37,358 nt of DNA, taken from Octopus bimaculoides. Lineage: Eukaryota. A model generated the notes under the pieces. That model was not told where the DNA came from, did no database searches, and saw only the letters and a list, made by a program, of their open reading frames with translations. Below are positions 25,432-36,210 of the stretch, one piece after another (position 1 is the stretch's first letter; each line of letters begins with the position of its first letter). Position numbers and translations under genes: made by a program. The DNA is taken from assembly GCF_001194135.2 (NCBI RefSeq), contig NC_069001.1:11440823-11478180 (forward strand), in the 5' to 3' direction.

Positions 25432-26155
25432 GGCGCAGGCGTGGCTATGTGGTACGTAGCTTTCTTACCAACCACATGCTTCCGGGTTCATTGCCACTGC
25501 GTGGCACCTTGGGTAAGTGTCTTCTACTATAGCCTCGGGCCGACCAAAGCCTTATAAGTGGATTTGGTAGACAGAAACTGAAAGAAGCCCGTCGTATATA
25601 TTTATGTATATATATAATTGAAACATAGGGTAAAAAATCAGATATTAATTAATATCGATTTATTACCAGGAAGCTAGCACATTTACAGAATCAGAGAGAT
25701 TCAGAAAAAATATCTGAGATCTTAGGGGATTAAAGTATATTTTTATATATAACGATGACCACTAAAGTGGACATTTAATGTGCTAGAAATAGACCACATG
25801 TTGTGTCTACTAAGACCTAATGGTTCTCAAACGACCACACAACATGTGGTCTATTTCTAGCACATTAAATATCCACTTTAGTGGTCATCGTTATATATAA
25901 AAATATATATATGTATGTGTGTGTCTGTGTTTGTCCTCCCAACATCGCTTGACAACCGATGCTGGTGTGTTTACCTCCCCGTAACTTAGCGGTTCGGCAA
26001 AAGAGACCGATAGAATAAGTACTAGGCACCGAAAGAATAAGTACTAAGCACCCAAAAAATAAGTCCTGGGGTCGATTTGCTCGACTAAAGGCGGGGCTCT
26101 AGCATGTGCCACAGTCAAATGACTGAAACAAGTAAAAGAGTAAAAAGTGTAAAGA
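25432..26155 (+). mobile_element. tRNA-derived SINE family A, full length, interrupted at its (TA) tract by 25617-25907
   Basis: ggcgcaggcgtggct head through gaaactgaaagaagcccgtcg, then resumes with gtgtctgtgtttgtcc...cagtcaaatgactgaaacaagtaaaag. Confidence 0.88.
25736..25907. repeat. Near-perfect inverted repeat (71-bp arms, 30-nt spacer)
   Basis: 25736-25806 versus 25837-25907, single mismatch C25772/A25871. Confidence 0.95.
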
Positions 26156-26255
26156 GAAATATGTTTTTACTTCTAATTCACTATATAAAATCTAAATAAT
26201 AATAAACAAAAGCAGTTTCTCGAGATATATATGTATTCTTTTTTTTTTTTTTTTT

Positions 26256-26590
26256 ACTGAGCATTTGAGTAACGTCTAGACATAAAAACTACACTCTATG
26301 GACACATCCTACCAACAAGAAATAATATTGTTATGGAAACAAAATCGGGCACAATCGACTCAGAAAGAAGCACTTTATCTACGCACAATTATACCAATCT
26401 AAATAAAGCTTTAAACATTTCACTAATAAACACCATTCGATGTTGTTATGTTAAACGATTTCTTTAATAATAAAAAGAGACACCAAAATTGTAATAATAC
26501 GAAGAAGATTTATATACGTATACATTTCATTAATTACAAGAACAGCAATCTGATGTGAAGGGCTATTAAAAATGGAAACCTTTCAGATTA
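26256..26590 (+). mobile_element. Possible decayed PLE 3' end (GIY-YIG tail plus hammerhead-like remnant)
   Basis: EHL...H...IILL...QKEALYLRTIIP resembles the H..H..IL..KEALxIxxxxPxLN end of PLE endonucleases; aatct-gatgtgaagggctat...GAAAC-ctttc-agatt at 26547-26589. Confidence 0.35.
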
Positions 26591-27019
26591 TATTTGAATG
26601 AACCTTTTCAATACGAACAATTCATCTCTCTGGAAAAGAATACATCAATTGCCAAGGCAAAGAAATTGCAATAAAAATTCTATCTGTGTATATACGAATC
26701 GGTTCAAACATGAATAATGCCGTGTCTAACCCGTGATGCTTGTAATATGACCCGTTTGTTTATTTAGGTGAAACCTATAGCATTATATTTACAAAAATGA
26801 CTACTTATTGTCACGACTATAATTCATCGCCGCCAGGCCTCTTGCAAAAGTATCATACTGTACCCATTGGCGATCGAACTTGACATTTACAATTGTTTGA
26901 GGAGGATTCTTTGCGAGAAGCCAGAGAAAAAAAAAAAAACATTTTCAATGGAATCAAAATTAAGAGAACCCGGCAATACATTTTCAATTCCGCGTTTAAT
27001 AATTTTCTGCCTTCTTTCA

Positions 27020-27185
27020 AGCGACATTTCGTCCGCCTCTGCATTCTGAGTTCAAATTCAATCGAGGTCGACTTTACCTTACATTATTTCCTGTCGATGA
27101 AGTACCAGTTGAGCACTGGAGTCGATTTAAACGATTTGGCCCACCCCCGAATCTGCTGGATTTGTGCCAAAATTTTTAACCAATA
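27020..27185 (+). mobile_element. tRNA-derived SINE family B, degenerate
   Basis: ctgagttcaaattc...gaggtcgactttacc...aagtaccagttgagcactggagtcgat. Confidence 0.75.
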
Positions 27186-27529
27186 TTTTTTTCTCCCTTC
27201 TCTCAACATTTTTCTCTTCTTTTCTGTCCTCTCATTTTTTTATTGTTTGCTTCTTCTTTTATTCTTTTCTCTTTCCTTCGTTGATTTGGTTTTTTTCTGT
27301 TCAGTATCCATAAAACTTTAAAATATCTGTCGACAAAACGTCGGGAAAAGTTATGTTTCTTTCTAAGTAAATACGGATATAACATATTTATGCAGCTAGA
27401 TTTACACTAATCATAAACAAGAGTAATTACTAGAGTAAGAAAGGTAAATCAGATAATTTTAATATTAATTATGGGTTCATGTAAGTCTGCTCAGATAATT
27501 GACATTGTAGAATTTTATCTCTGATTCTT

Positions 27530-28363
27530 TTATTCTTTTACTTGCTTCAGTCGTTCGACAGCGGCAATGCTGGAGCACCACCTTGTAAGGTTTTAGTCGA
27601 ATAAATTGACACCTTGACTTATTTTTAAAGCGTAGTACTTATTTTATCGGTCCATTTTGCCCAACCGCTACGTTACGGAAATTTAAACACACGATATATC
27701 AAGTAGTGATGGGGGCACAAACACAGACACAACGACACACACGCCAATATATATATATCTACGTTTGTAGATATATATATCTGATAGGCTCCTTTGAGTT
27801 TCCACCTACCAAATCACCCACAAGGCTTTGGTCGGCCCGAGGCTATAGTAGAAGTCAGTAAACCTGGTATGTATACAGATAAGATAACAAAGGGTGAGAA
27901 CTTACCCTATATTTTCCGAAGGTGGCGAGATAAAAGTTTGTCAACGACCTTTTGGCAGAGGTAAAATAACGGTGGTATGAATAACCAAATATATATACAG
28001 GAAGTTAGCATAGTACGAGACAGGTAACCTCGTTCACTTCCTGTTAACGAGAAAGGCAGGTAATCTCGTACTTCTTGTTAAAAAGAGGTGTGGGGAAGAC
28101 AGAGGGAGCTCGGCGCGGATAGAACCAAAACGAGAGACGTAGCTGCATACGGGTGGGACCGTTCACCACCTACCTTGAAACAATTGAGACTGGACATAAT
28201 CTCCATATATGAACATTTACTTCCCTGTTTGAACACTTTGTTGTTTACCCCTTTTTCTTACATTATAATTTGTCTGATCGTAACAAAGCAAAATGTTATG
28301 CAGTGGAATTGAAAGCGGAACCATGTGGTTATGAACCAAACTTCTAACCACACAGCCACGCCT
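27530..28363 (-). mobile_element. tRNA-derived SINE family A split by a ~420-bp insertion
   Basis: ggtcggcccgaggctatagtagaag stops at ~27855 and resumes as ...gcagtggaattgaaagcggaaccatgtggtt after ~28286. Confidence 0.8.
27865..28285 (-). mobile_element. Candidate solo LTR inserted into a SINE
   Basis: TG...CA ends (minus-strand start TGTTACGATCAG), imperfect 4-bp flanks aacc/aagc, internal duplicated cgaga..caggtaa.ctcgt..cttc.tgttaa motif. Confidence 0.35.
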
Positions 28364-28454
28364 ACACCTATGAACTGGTGGTCTTGTATGAATTAAATAG
28401 ACATTTTCCACATTTATCATTATTATTGTAGTACATTATATATAAACGTTTATT

Positions 28455-28463
28455 ATGTATGAA

Positions 28464-28494
<31 letters not shown>

Positions 28495-28640
28495 GTAAAT
28501 ATCATATATGAATACATATATATATATATATATATGTATATGTATATGTAAATATCATATATGAATACATATATATATATATATATATATGTATATGTAT
28601 ATGTAAATATCATATATGAATACATATATATATATATATA
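28455..28640. repeat. AT-rich compound satellite
   Basis: Repeated gaata(ta)n tgtatatgtaaatatcatatat blocks. Confidence 0.85.
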
Positions 28641-30175
28641 TAATGTTATTATTGCATTACATTATATATAAACGTGTATCATATTTGTATACATACATAC
28701 ACCATATAAACATACATGTATATATATATACATGTATATATATATATACATGTATATATNNNNNNNNNNGTATTTAAATAGGCATACCACTCATCGGGAC
28801 ATTTACAGCGTCCGTTTTATATTCTATGTTCCACATGCAACGGTTTAGCACAGGATTGCGCCGGAAAAGAATAGATATTATTCAATTATTTACATAATTT
28901 GTAATTCATAAAAACAAGACGTTAACGTTGTATTAACAATTTCATTCAGGTGACAGTTTTGATTTTAGTATTGTGAATATTTTATATGTGTTTCATTTCC
29001 GTATGAATTCTTCATATAATCTTAAAGAAGAGCTTATGAAATTGAAAAACATATCTTGCTATAATACCTGCAGGATACCTCGTATTTAAATTGTTTTTGT
29101 ACGTGTATGCGTGTCTGCCTGTATTTGTGTATGTGTATATGTATGTATATATAATAAACTATCAATTGCTCGCAGAACAGCGTGTATTAAAATAATGACA
29201 TACATATTCATTCATAATATGCTCGGGCTGATTCGAACGTGAACATACAAATAGGGTTTGTATTTCGTCTTCGGAGAACACCTTCTCCTTTGAGAAGATG
29301 TATGTTAACAATACATTTATTTTATTGGCGACACCCTGTGGTATTTTGACCTCGTTGCAGTTGTTGTTGTCGTCGACGTCGGTCTTGTGATCCCAATATA
29401 TGTGTGTGTGTGTGTGTGTGTGTGTATGTGGAGATCTTTTTGAGCCAGAATCATTGAGAGATTGATATCATCAATAGTTTTTGAAAAATCATTCGATGAG
29501 GGTCGCTTAATATCAATAATTATGCAGTTGTTAACCTCGTTCTCATTCGTTATTGTCTTTTATCGTCGTCACATACATGTTTATCATTATGATATCTGCA
29601 GCATACTGTAGCAGACTGGCTGAAGTCTATAAATTAAAAGCGTCTTTTCTAATTAACTAATGCTATCCATTTGGCTCCGAATCATTTTTCATCCATTAGC
29701 ACAGAAAATGCTATTATATATTTGATTCGTTTAGGTAATTCTCAAAGGATGACGGACGATGTCTCTGGAAACGATTTCCATGCCTCTGTTTCATTCCCAA
29801 AGTTACGGTCCCAATACACATGTACACACTGACAAACAAACATAAAAACAAACAAACACATTCTCAAACACACCCACAGAAATGTACAGGAAAAAAGTGA
29901 AAAAGAATAAAAACAATTATTACAACATACTACACATATAATAACATTAGTTCATTCAATGATATATGTTTTTTTAGGTTTTCGGGACGTTAGGTGTTTA
30001 TTTGACTGTTTTGTACTAGTTTCTTTTATTTATTTATTTATTTATTTTTGCAGAGACTGCATGTATTGATTTCTTTAGATTTGATTGCGATCCCTTCCCT
30101 TTTCGGGAGACGACTGAGTGCCTTAACGAAATTGATACCAATACTGTATTGATTCTTCACTATAGATTTTGAAGA

Positions 30176-30405
30176 GTGAAGATGCATGGCTCAATGGTTA
30201 GAGCGTCGGGCTCACAATAATGTTGTTGTGAATTCGATTCCTGGAGTGGATTGCGTGTCATGTTCTTGAGCAAGACACTTTATTTCACGTTGTCCCTGTT
30301 CACTCAGCTGTAGGAATGAGCTGCTGTGTCACTGGTGTCAAGCCGTATCGGCTTTTGCCTTGCATAACATCTGTGGCGCGGAGAGGAGAGGCTGGTATGC
30401 ACGGC
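30176..30405 (+). mobile_element. tRNA-derived SINE family C (5' part, runs into gap)
   Basis: tggctcaatggttagagc A-box, gaattcgattcc B-box, gttcttgagcaagacactttatttcacgttg core matching the 34156 copy. Confidence 0.82.
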
Positions 30406-30800
30406 NNNNNNNNNNNNNNNNNNNNNNNNNNNNNNNNNNNNNNNNNNNNNNNNNNNNNNNNNNNNNNNNNNNNNNNNNNNNNNNNNNNNNNNNNNNNNNN
30501 NNNNNNNNNNNNNNNNNNNNNNNNNNNNNNNNNNNNNNNNNNNNNNNNNNNNNNNNNNNNNNNNNNNNNNNNNNNNNNNNNNNNNNNNNNNNNNNNNNNN
30601 NNNNNNNNNNNNNNNNNNNNNNNNNNNNNNNNNNNNNNNNNNNNNNNNNNNNNNNNNNNNNNNNNNNNNNNNNNNNNNNNNNNNNNNNNNNNNNNNNNNN
30701 NNNNNNNNNNNNNNNNNNNNNNNNNNNNNNNNNNNNNNNNNNNNNNNNNNNNNNNNNNNNNNNNNNNNNNNNNNNNNNNNNNNNNNNNNNNNNNNNNNNN

Positions 30801-30922
30801 CACTCACAGGGCATTGGTCGGCCCGAGGCTATAATAGAAGACCAAGGTGCTACGCAGTGGGACTGAAGCCAGAACCATGTGGTTGGTAAGCAAGTTAATT
30901 ACCACACAGTCACTCTTGCGCC
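30801..30922 (-). mobile_element. SINE family A 5' half
   Basis: ggtcggcccgaggctata...gcagtgggactgaagccagaaccatgtggttgg...gcgcct. Confidence 0.82.
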
Positions 30923-30969
30923 TCTCTCTCTCTCTATATGTATATATATACATATATATGACTTTATGA

Positions 30970-31170
30970 GTGTGTGTTGCTGTCTGTTTTTGTTCTTCAC
31001 CACCGCTTGACAACAGCTGTAACCTAGCTCTTCGCTAGAAAGATTCCGACAGAATAAATACTAAGCTTAAAAAGTAAGTTCTGGGGTTCGAGTTGTTCGA
31101 TTAAAGCCCTTCAAAGTGGTGCCCCAACATGGCCGCGATCAAATGACTGAAACAGGTAAAAGGTAAAAAT
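30970..31170 (+). mobile_element. SINE family A 3' half
   Basis: cgcttgacaac...aagttctggggttcga...catggccgc.atcaaatgactgaaacaggtaaaag. Confidence 0.75.
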
Positions 31171-31199
31171 TAAAAAAATGAAAAGATAATATTATGTTA

Positions 31200-31243
31200 A
31201 GGAGAAGAAGAAGAAGAAGAAGAAGAAGAAGAAGAAGAAGAAA
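31200..31243. repeat. (GAA)n microsatellite
   Basis: About 13 gaa units. Confidence 0.95.
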
Positions 31244-32231
31244 GCGATAGGAAGAAGCAAATACTATCTAAATATACTAATGCTATATTTTTTGTTTATA
31301 TAAAAACTAAACAATATCAGGATTATCCTCCGCAAAATTCAGGTATAGCTAAAGTTTGCAGACTGTTAAATATTTAAGCGGTTGCGCGCGCACACACACA
31401 CACACACACAATTTGTGTATTTGTGCAATCGTGTTCGTATGTAATATATGCGCAAACATTGCAATCACGCGTTTATAATTAACTCTACAAGTATTTGTGC
31501 GCCAAGAGATTGTCTGTACACGTATGTGCATGTCTCTATTTGTAACTTCTCAGTATCTTGTTTTTTTTTTTATTTCTTATGTTTGCTTAAATTTAAATCT
31601 GCTTAAAAAATTTCTTATATCAGTTAGAAAAGGAAGAATGAAATCGCATTAAGGTATGGCCAATTTGAATGCAAATATAATTATTTGCTTTTCGAGTGTA
31701 TTCAATTATTTGCTCGTTATTTTGTTTATTCTTTCTTTTTAATATCTATTTCATCTGAAAAGGAATTTTAATAACATTGGTGCCAAAAGTATTGCAAAAA
31801 AGAGAAAATGAAAATAGTATCGCTAAAGTAATCAGCGATTAATTAGTCGGTTTACTTTGTGAATAATATTTGAATAAACTTGAATATCATTTTTCGTCTG
31901 AGAGATATAAATCTAGATTTGTTGGAAGATCGTACTTAATTTTCAAAATTGATTATGTATGTGCATGTTTGTGTGTATATTTCTACACTTATACACATCG
32001 ATATCCACATTTTCACACACACAATAAATACATACATATATATATAAACAAACACACAAGCACGCACATACACGCAAGACACACATATACACACAGAGAT
32101 AGATGGATAGATAGATAGATAGATAGATATGCCATTCTAATATTGAAGCCTATAACTGGAGGTTTCTTTTATAAATTGATGTAGTGATATTTAAGCACGG
32201 TTTTGATTAAACATTCAGAAAAATATTATCA

Positions 32232-32926
32232 TACTGAAAACAAAATTTGAAAAAATGTACATCTCGCTTGAAATTCCGAATGGATGTAGAATAGTCTCTG
32301 GTACTCTCAGAAATACACTCAGACTAATAAAAGCGCTAGCATTTATATCTATAAATATGAATACGTATTTACCATATTCAGTCAAAAGTTTTTCGTATTT
32401 TCACTGATGATAGCTGCCAATCCCTTAGCCCATATGAACAAGCTGAGCAGATGATGTGTGGGGCCCAACTCTTATCTTGATCTCCGAGAGGGCAGCCAAA
32501 GTATAACTGGTAGACCTTCTTGATTTCACTTGTGATGGAACGTTGCTGAGCTTTGGTGGTAAATGAAACACAGACATGACAAAATATATTAGGACTGTTC
32601 TTGCAATGCCTTGACATCCTAAGTAGAATTTGATAAAGATGATGAGTTGGCACCTTAAACAGAAAGTAAAATTTATGAAAAGAAAAGATTATGAAAACAT
32701 AAAATTACAAAATGAATACAAATAGTTACAAAACAGAAGTCAGAATTTACTTGTATAAGACGTTTACATGTAGCGATACTGTTGATGGGAGTTATATACC
32801 TCTCTTATCTCATCAGAAAAACTGTGCCTGATAGAAGGAAACCGAATACATTTTTGAAATCTGCGGACAAAACTACATATAAAACACCATATAATATCTC
32901 TGATGAAAATCGGTTGTTGACCAGTG
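32232..32926 (-). mobile_element. Internally deleted Chapaev3-type (CMC superfamily) DNA transposon
   Basis: Minus-strand 5' terminus CACTGGTCAACAA at 32926; degenerate opposite end near 32232 (flanks tca/taa); transposase N-terminus inside. Left boundary uncertain. Confidence 0.55.
32378..32617 (-). pseudogene. Chapaev3-type transposase N-terminal zinc-finger region, truncated
   Basis: MSRHCKNSPNIFCHVCVSFT...YFGCPLGDQDKSWAPHIICSAC..GLRDW matches the CxNxPxxFCxxC...GDQDKSWAPHxxCxxC signature. Confidence 0.8.
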
Positions 32927-33030
32927 TAATCATTCGGATATTTTTTTATGCTGAACAGTTCATAAACGAATTTATTTTCAAAGCAATTCTGTGTAATATA
33001 CTTGCTTAGAATCGTATCTTTATATTTCAG

Positions 33031-33126
33031 ATTGCAGCAAGTCCTAATTACATCTGTTGTCACCCTAATTTCAATCAAGTTTAAATTAAATACTATGTTC
33101 CTCTCAATAACGAAATCTCTTTCTAA
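33031..33126 (+). pseudogene. Decayed duplicate of a candidate terminal exon
   Basis: atctttatatttcag acceptor; IAASPNYICCHPNFNQV*IKYYVPLNNEISF*; colinear with 34712-34801 but has TAA at 33082. Confidence 0.3.
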
Positions 33127-33604
33127 TTACTGTTCCGTTATGCACTTCCTATAAGCCGGGATAATAGATATAACCATAATCAAACTGCTATTCTTATTAG
33201 TATATTTTAATTAATCTTTTGAATAAGCATTATGTTATAGCTTTACTCACTTCTTGTTAATGCCTATCTTACCTACTTGTATAGCCAGTGTCATTAGTTG
33301 CCGGAATATTCACAATGTATACGCATTTAATTTTATGTCGAATATATTTTCACTATTGTTTGTGACTTTATGTATTGTTATTGAGAACAATGAGCGAAAA
33401 CAATAACAACCTACCGTTCATCTGCAATTGATAATAATTATATGTTAAAACATGAGCTTTAAGGTCAGTTGGGATTTTGCCACTGATGTTATGTCCTGTT
33501 ATTTTCTTAAGCCTGAATCATATAGATATGACTTTTCTTATGTTTTATTTGATTTAAAATTTGCATTTAATTTTTTTTAAATCAAACGGTTTTAAATAAA
33601 AAAA

Positions 33605-34094
33605 ATTCTGCGTTTCGGATGTCGGGGCGGAAAACTGCTCCGGCATCTCGTCAGTTATCGAAGCAATAAAAAAAGTGACCGTTCAACAAAGGGAAATTAC
33701 TACGTTATTGACCGTTATTAAGACAAAAGAGCTTTTAGAATGACCGTTAAATAAGGGGACAAATCCCGAAGGGGAGAAAGTAAACAAGTAAGGAAGTAAA
33801 AATGGTCATAGAAATCGCATGAACGCGCATGTGCGTGCGCGCATGTGTATCTATGTATATGTGCGCTTACGCGATTTCTTTGAGCGTTTTTACTTCCATA
33901 TTTTTTACTTTGTCCCCTTCGGGTTTTCTCACCCTATTTAACGCTCATTCTAATAGCACTTTTGTCTTAATAAGGGTCAATGACATAGTAATTCCCCTTT
34001 GTTTAAAGGTCATTTTCATAGCATTTTTTTTATTGCCTCGATAACTGACGAAATGCCGGAGACGTTTTCCGCCACGCCATCCGAAACTCGGAGT
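33605..34094. repeat. Long inverted repeat (~230-bp arms) of two HHR-ending pLTR-like units, head-to-head
   Basis: 33605-33830 versus the reverse complement of 33859-34094, roughly 80% identical by eye; each arm ends in CTGACGA...catcc-GAAAC. Confidence 0.85.
34041..34094 (+). ncRNA. Hammerhead-like motif (right arm)
   Basis: ataa-CTGACGA(34045)-aatgccgga...tccg...catcc-GAAAC(34083)-tcgga-GT; the cleavage base falls in a 10-N gap, followed by ttat. Confidence 0.45.
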
Positions 34095-34113
34095 NNNNNN
34101 NNNNTTATATTAC

Positions 34114-34155
<42 letters not shown>

Positions 34156-34156
<1 letters not shown>

Positions 34157-34430
34157 AGTCCGGCAAGGTTGTTTGTGGAAGACTAGCAGTCACCCATGCA
34201 TACCAACCTCCCCTCTCCACCCCACCGATTTTATGTAAAGGAAAAGCAGAGGACGATACTGCTTGGCACCTGTGGCGTCACAACTTATTTCTACAGCTGA
34301 GTGTGAACTGGAGCAACGTGAAATAAAGTGTCTTGCCCAAGAACACAACACATATCCCAGTCCGGGAATCGACCTCACAGCCTCATGATTGTGAGTTCGA
34401 CACTTTAAGCACCGAGTCATGCACCTTTTC
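34156..34430 (-). mobile_element. tRNA-derived SINE family C
   Basis: caacgtgaaataaagtgtcttgcccaagaacacaac and ccgggaatcga; reverse-complement homolog of 30176. Confidence 0.82.
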
Positions 34431-34483
34431 AAGATGAGATTGACTGTATTTCAACAAAGTTTCAGCAGAATATTTTTTTATAT

Positions 34484-34602
34484 ATATTTTCGTCGCTTTG
34501 AGACCGCGGCCTGTTCACCGACAAAATTTTGTGCTGCATCACAGAATTTTGTCAATTTGAGACTGCAACCTATTGGTTGCGGTCTCAAATTGACGAAAAT
34601 AT
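34484..34602. repeat. MITE-like short inverted-repeat element with internal hairpin
   Basis: atattttcgtcgctttgagaccgcggcc versus ggttgcggtctcaaattgacgaaaatat; 34551-34570 and 34575-34594 pair 19 of 20. Confidence 0.6.
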
Positions 34603-34711
34603 TTTAAAAAATTTTTTTATATATATATTAAATAATCCAAGAAATTGTTGCGAAAACAAATTTATATTCTCATTTTTATTTACAGTTGTATTTTCATATT
34701 ACAGATTTCAG

Positions 34712-34801
34712 TCTAATCCTAATTACATCTATTGCAGATCCAATATGAATGAAGTTCAAATTAAAAACTACGTTGATCTCAATAACGAAACCTCTTTCTA
34801 A
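34712..34801 (+). CDS. Candidate terminal coding exon (cytoplasmic-tail-like peptide with NPxY and YxxL)
   Basis: gtattttcatattacagatttcag acceptor(s); SNPNYIYCRSNMNEVQIKNYVDLNNETSF*; indel-free alignment to the 33043-33126 duplicate; AATAAA at 35284. No upstream exons identified. Confidence 0.35.
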   Translation, partial: SNPNYIYCRSNMNEVQIKNYVDLNNETSF

Positions 34802-36210
34802 TTACTCTTCCGTTATGCACTTCCTATAAGCCGGGATAATAGATATAACCATAATCAAACTGAAATTTAAACTGCTATTCTTATTAGTATATTTTAATTA
34901 ATCTTTTGAATTAAGCTTTATGTTAAAGCTTTATTCACTTCTTGTTAATATGTGTCTTATCTACTTGTGTAGCCAGTGTCATTAGTTGCTGGATTATATC
35001 CAACATTATTCATGCTTCTAATATACTATTATAATTAGTATAGCTTCAGTATTTTTTTCTGTATATACTTTCGATGTTTCTTTATTGTAACTGTTGAACG
35101 AGAGAGACGTGATTGATTGAGATTATATGTTGTTGCTGTTTAATCCAAATCACACCTGTGTAGATTCTCTCCCAAGGCCTAAAAATACACATCCAGCATT
35201 TTTATTTTATTTTATTTATTTATTTATTTATTTATTTTTATCAAATATCAAGTTTTTCATTAAAACACTTGTGTGTGACTCACAATAAACTTATGTTGGT
35301 ATTTATAGCAGCAGAAGGAGCGATTATGTGCTGCTTTTCTCATTAACTCCAATGCGATACGTTTTTAAACTAGGTTCTTTAGCTTTATCGTGTTTTTCCG
35401 GTAAGGTTTTATTGGGTTTTTTTTGCTGTGATTGCAATTATTTTCTTTTGTATAAAAATATGTAAGAAAAGTTTTAAATATTTATTTTATTTTACGCATT
35501 TAACCAATAACTTTTTTTTTGTTTTTTTTGCATTTGAGAATCTTACTCGTTGTAGTTAAATATTACGTATATTAATGTAAACTGTAAATATGAAACACAT
35601 TGCCACATAACACCGTGAATTTCACTCGTTATTCTACCTCGGAAGATGCAGAGAAGCGATCTTAACTAACGATCAGATTGCAGAATTTTCACTGCATTCA
35701 AAGGTCATTTTGGTGTCAAAAGATTTAGAAAAGATGCCTCCCTTTTTTGCGAAATAATCAGAATAAGATGTCTTTTTTTTTCATATATTCCTTTCCGCTC
35801 AGTTTGCTGCATAAATATCTTAACAGTAACTTAACAGATTTATATTGGAGAAATATATTATTCTCTAAAGCATTTCGTTGTTGTTATATACCACCTCTAC
35901 ATTTATTTAGCAGTTCTGTTACCACTACATCAGTGAACAGGTGTCTGTGCTCTGCATTTGGGAGCAGGTGAAAATATGCCCAACAGCGTCTGTCGTACTT
36001 AATTAAATTACTAAATATAATAATTGTTAATTAACTGTTATCGTTATTTTTTATTCACCTCATAATTATTTGAAATTAACTTTATAGTCATTCCAATATT
36101 AATTACGTTAGCATTAACTTAACTATTCTTAGTTATTAGTTTTATAATATTTAAATCGTCGTTGCAGTAACCACAATGAAAGAGCACTATGTTCAATAGA
36201 GACATCTCAG

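Noticed and set aside
29255-29310. Minus-strand ggagaa/ttctcc hairpin flanked by ctcaaa and gaag, hammerhead-like
   Set aside because: Both core segments deviate and no convincing stem I or III is present.
29740-29832. Possible exon GNSQRMTDDVSGNDFHASVSFPK after tttgattcgtttag
   Set aside because: No strong donor, no recognisable homology, and it cannot be linked to other exons.
1130-30866. Long ORFs in the track containing runs of X
   Set aside because: They are open only because they cross N-gaps.
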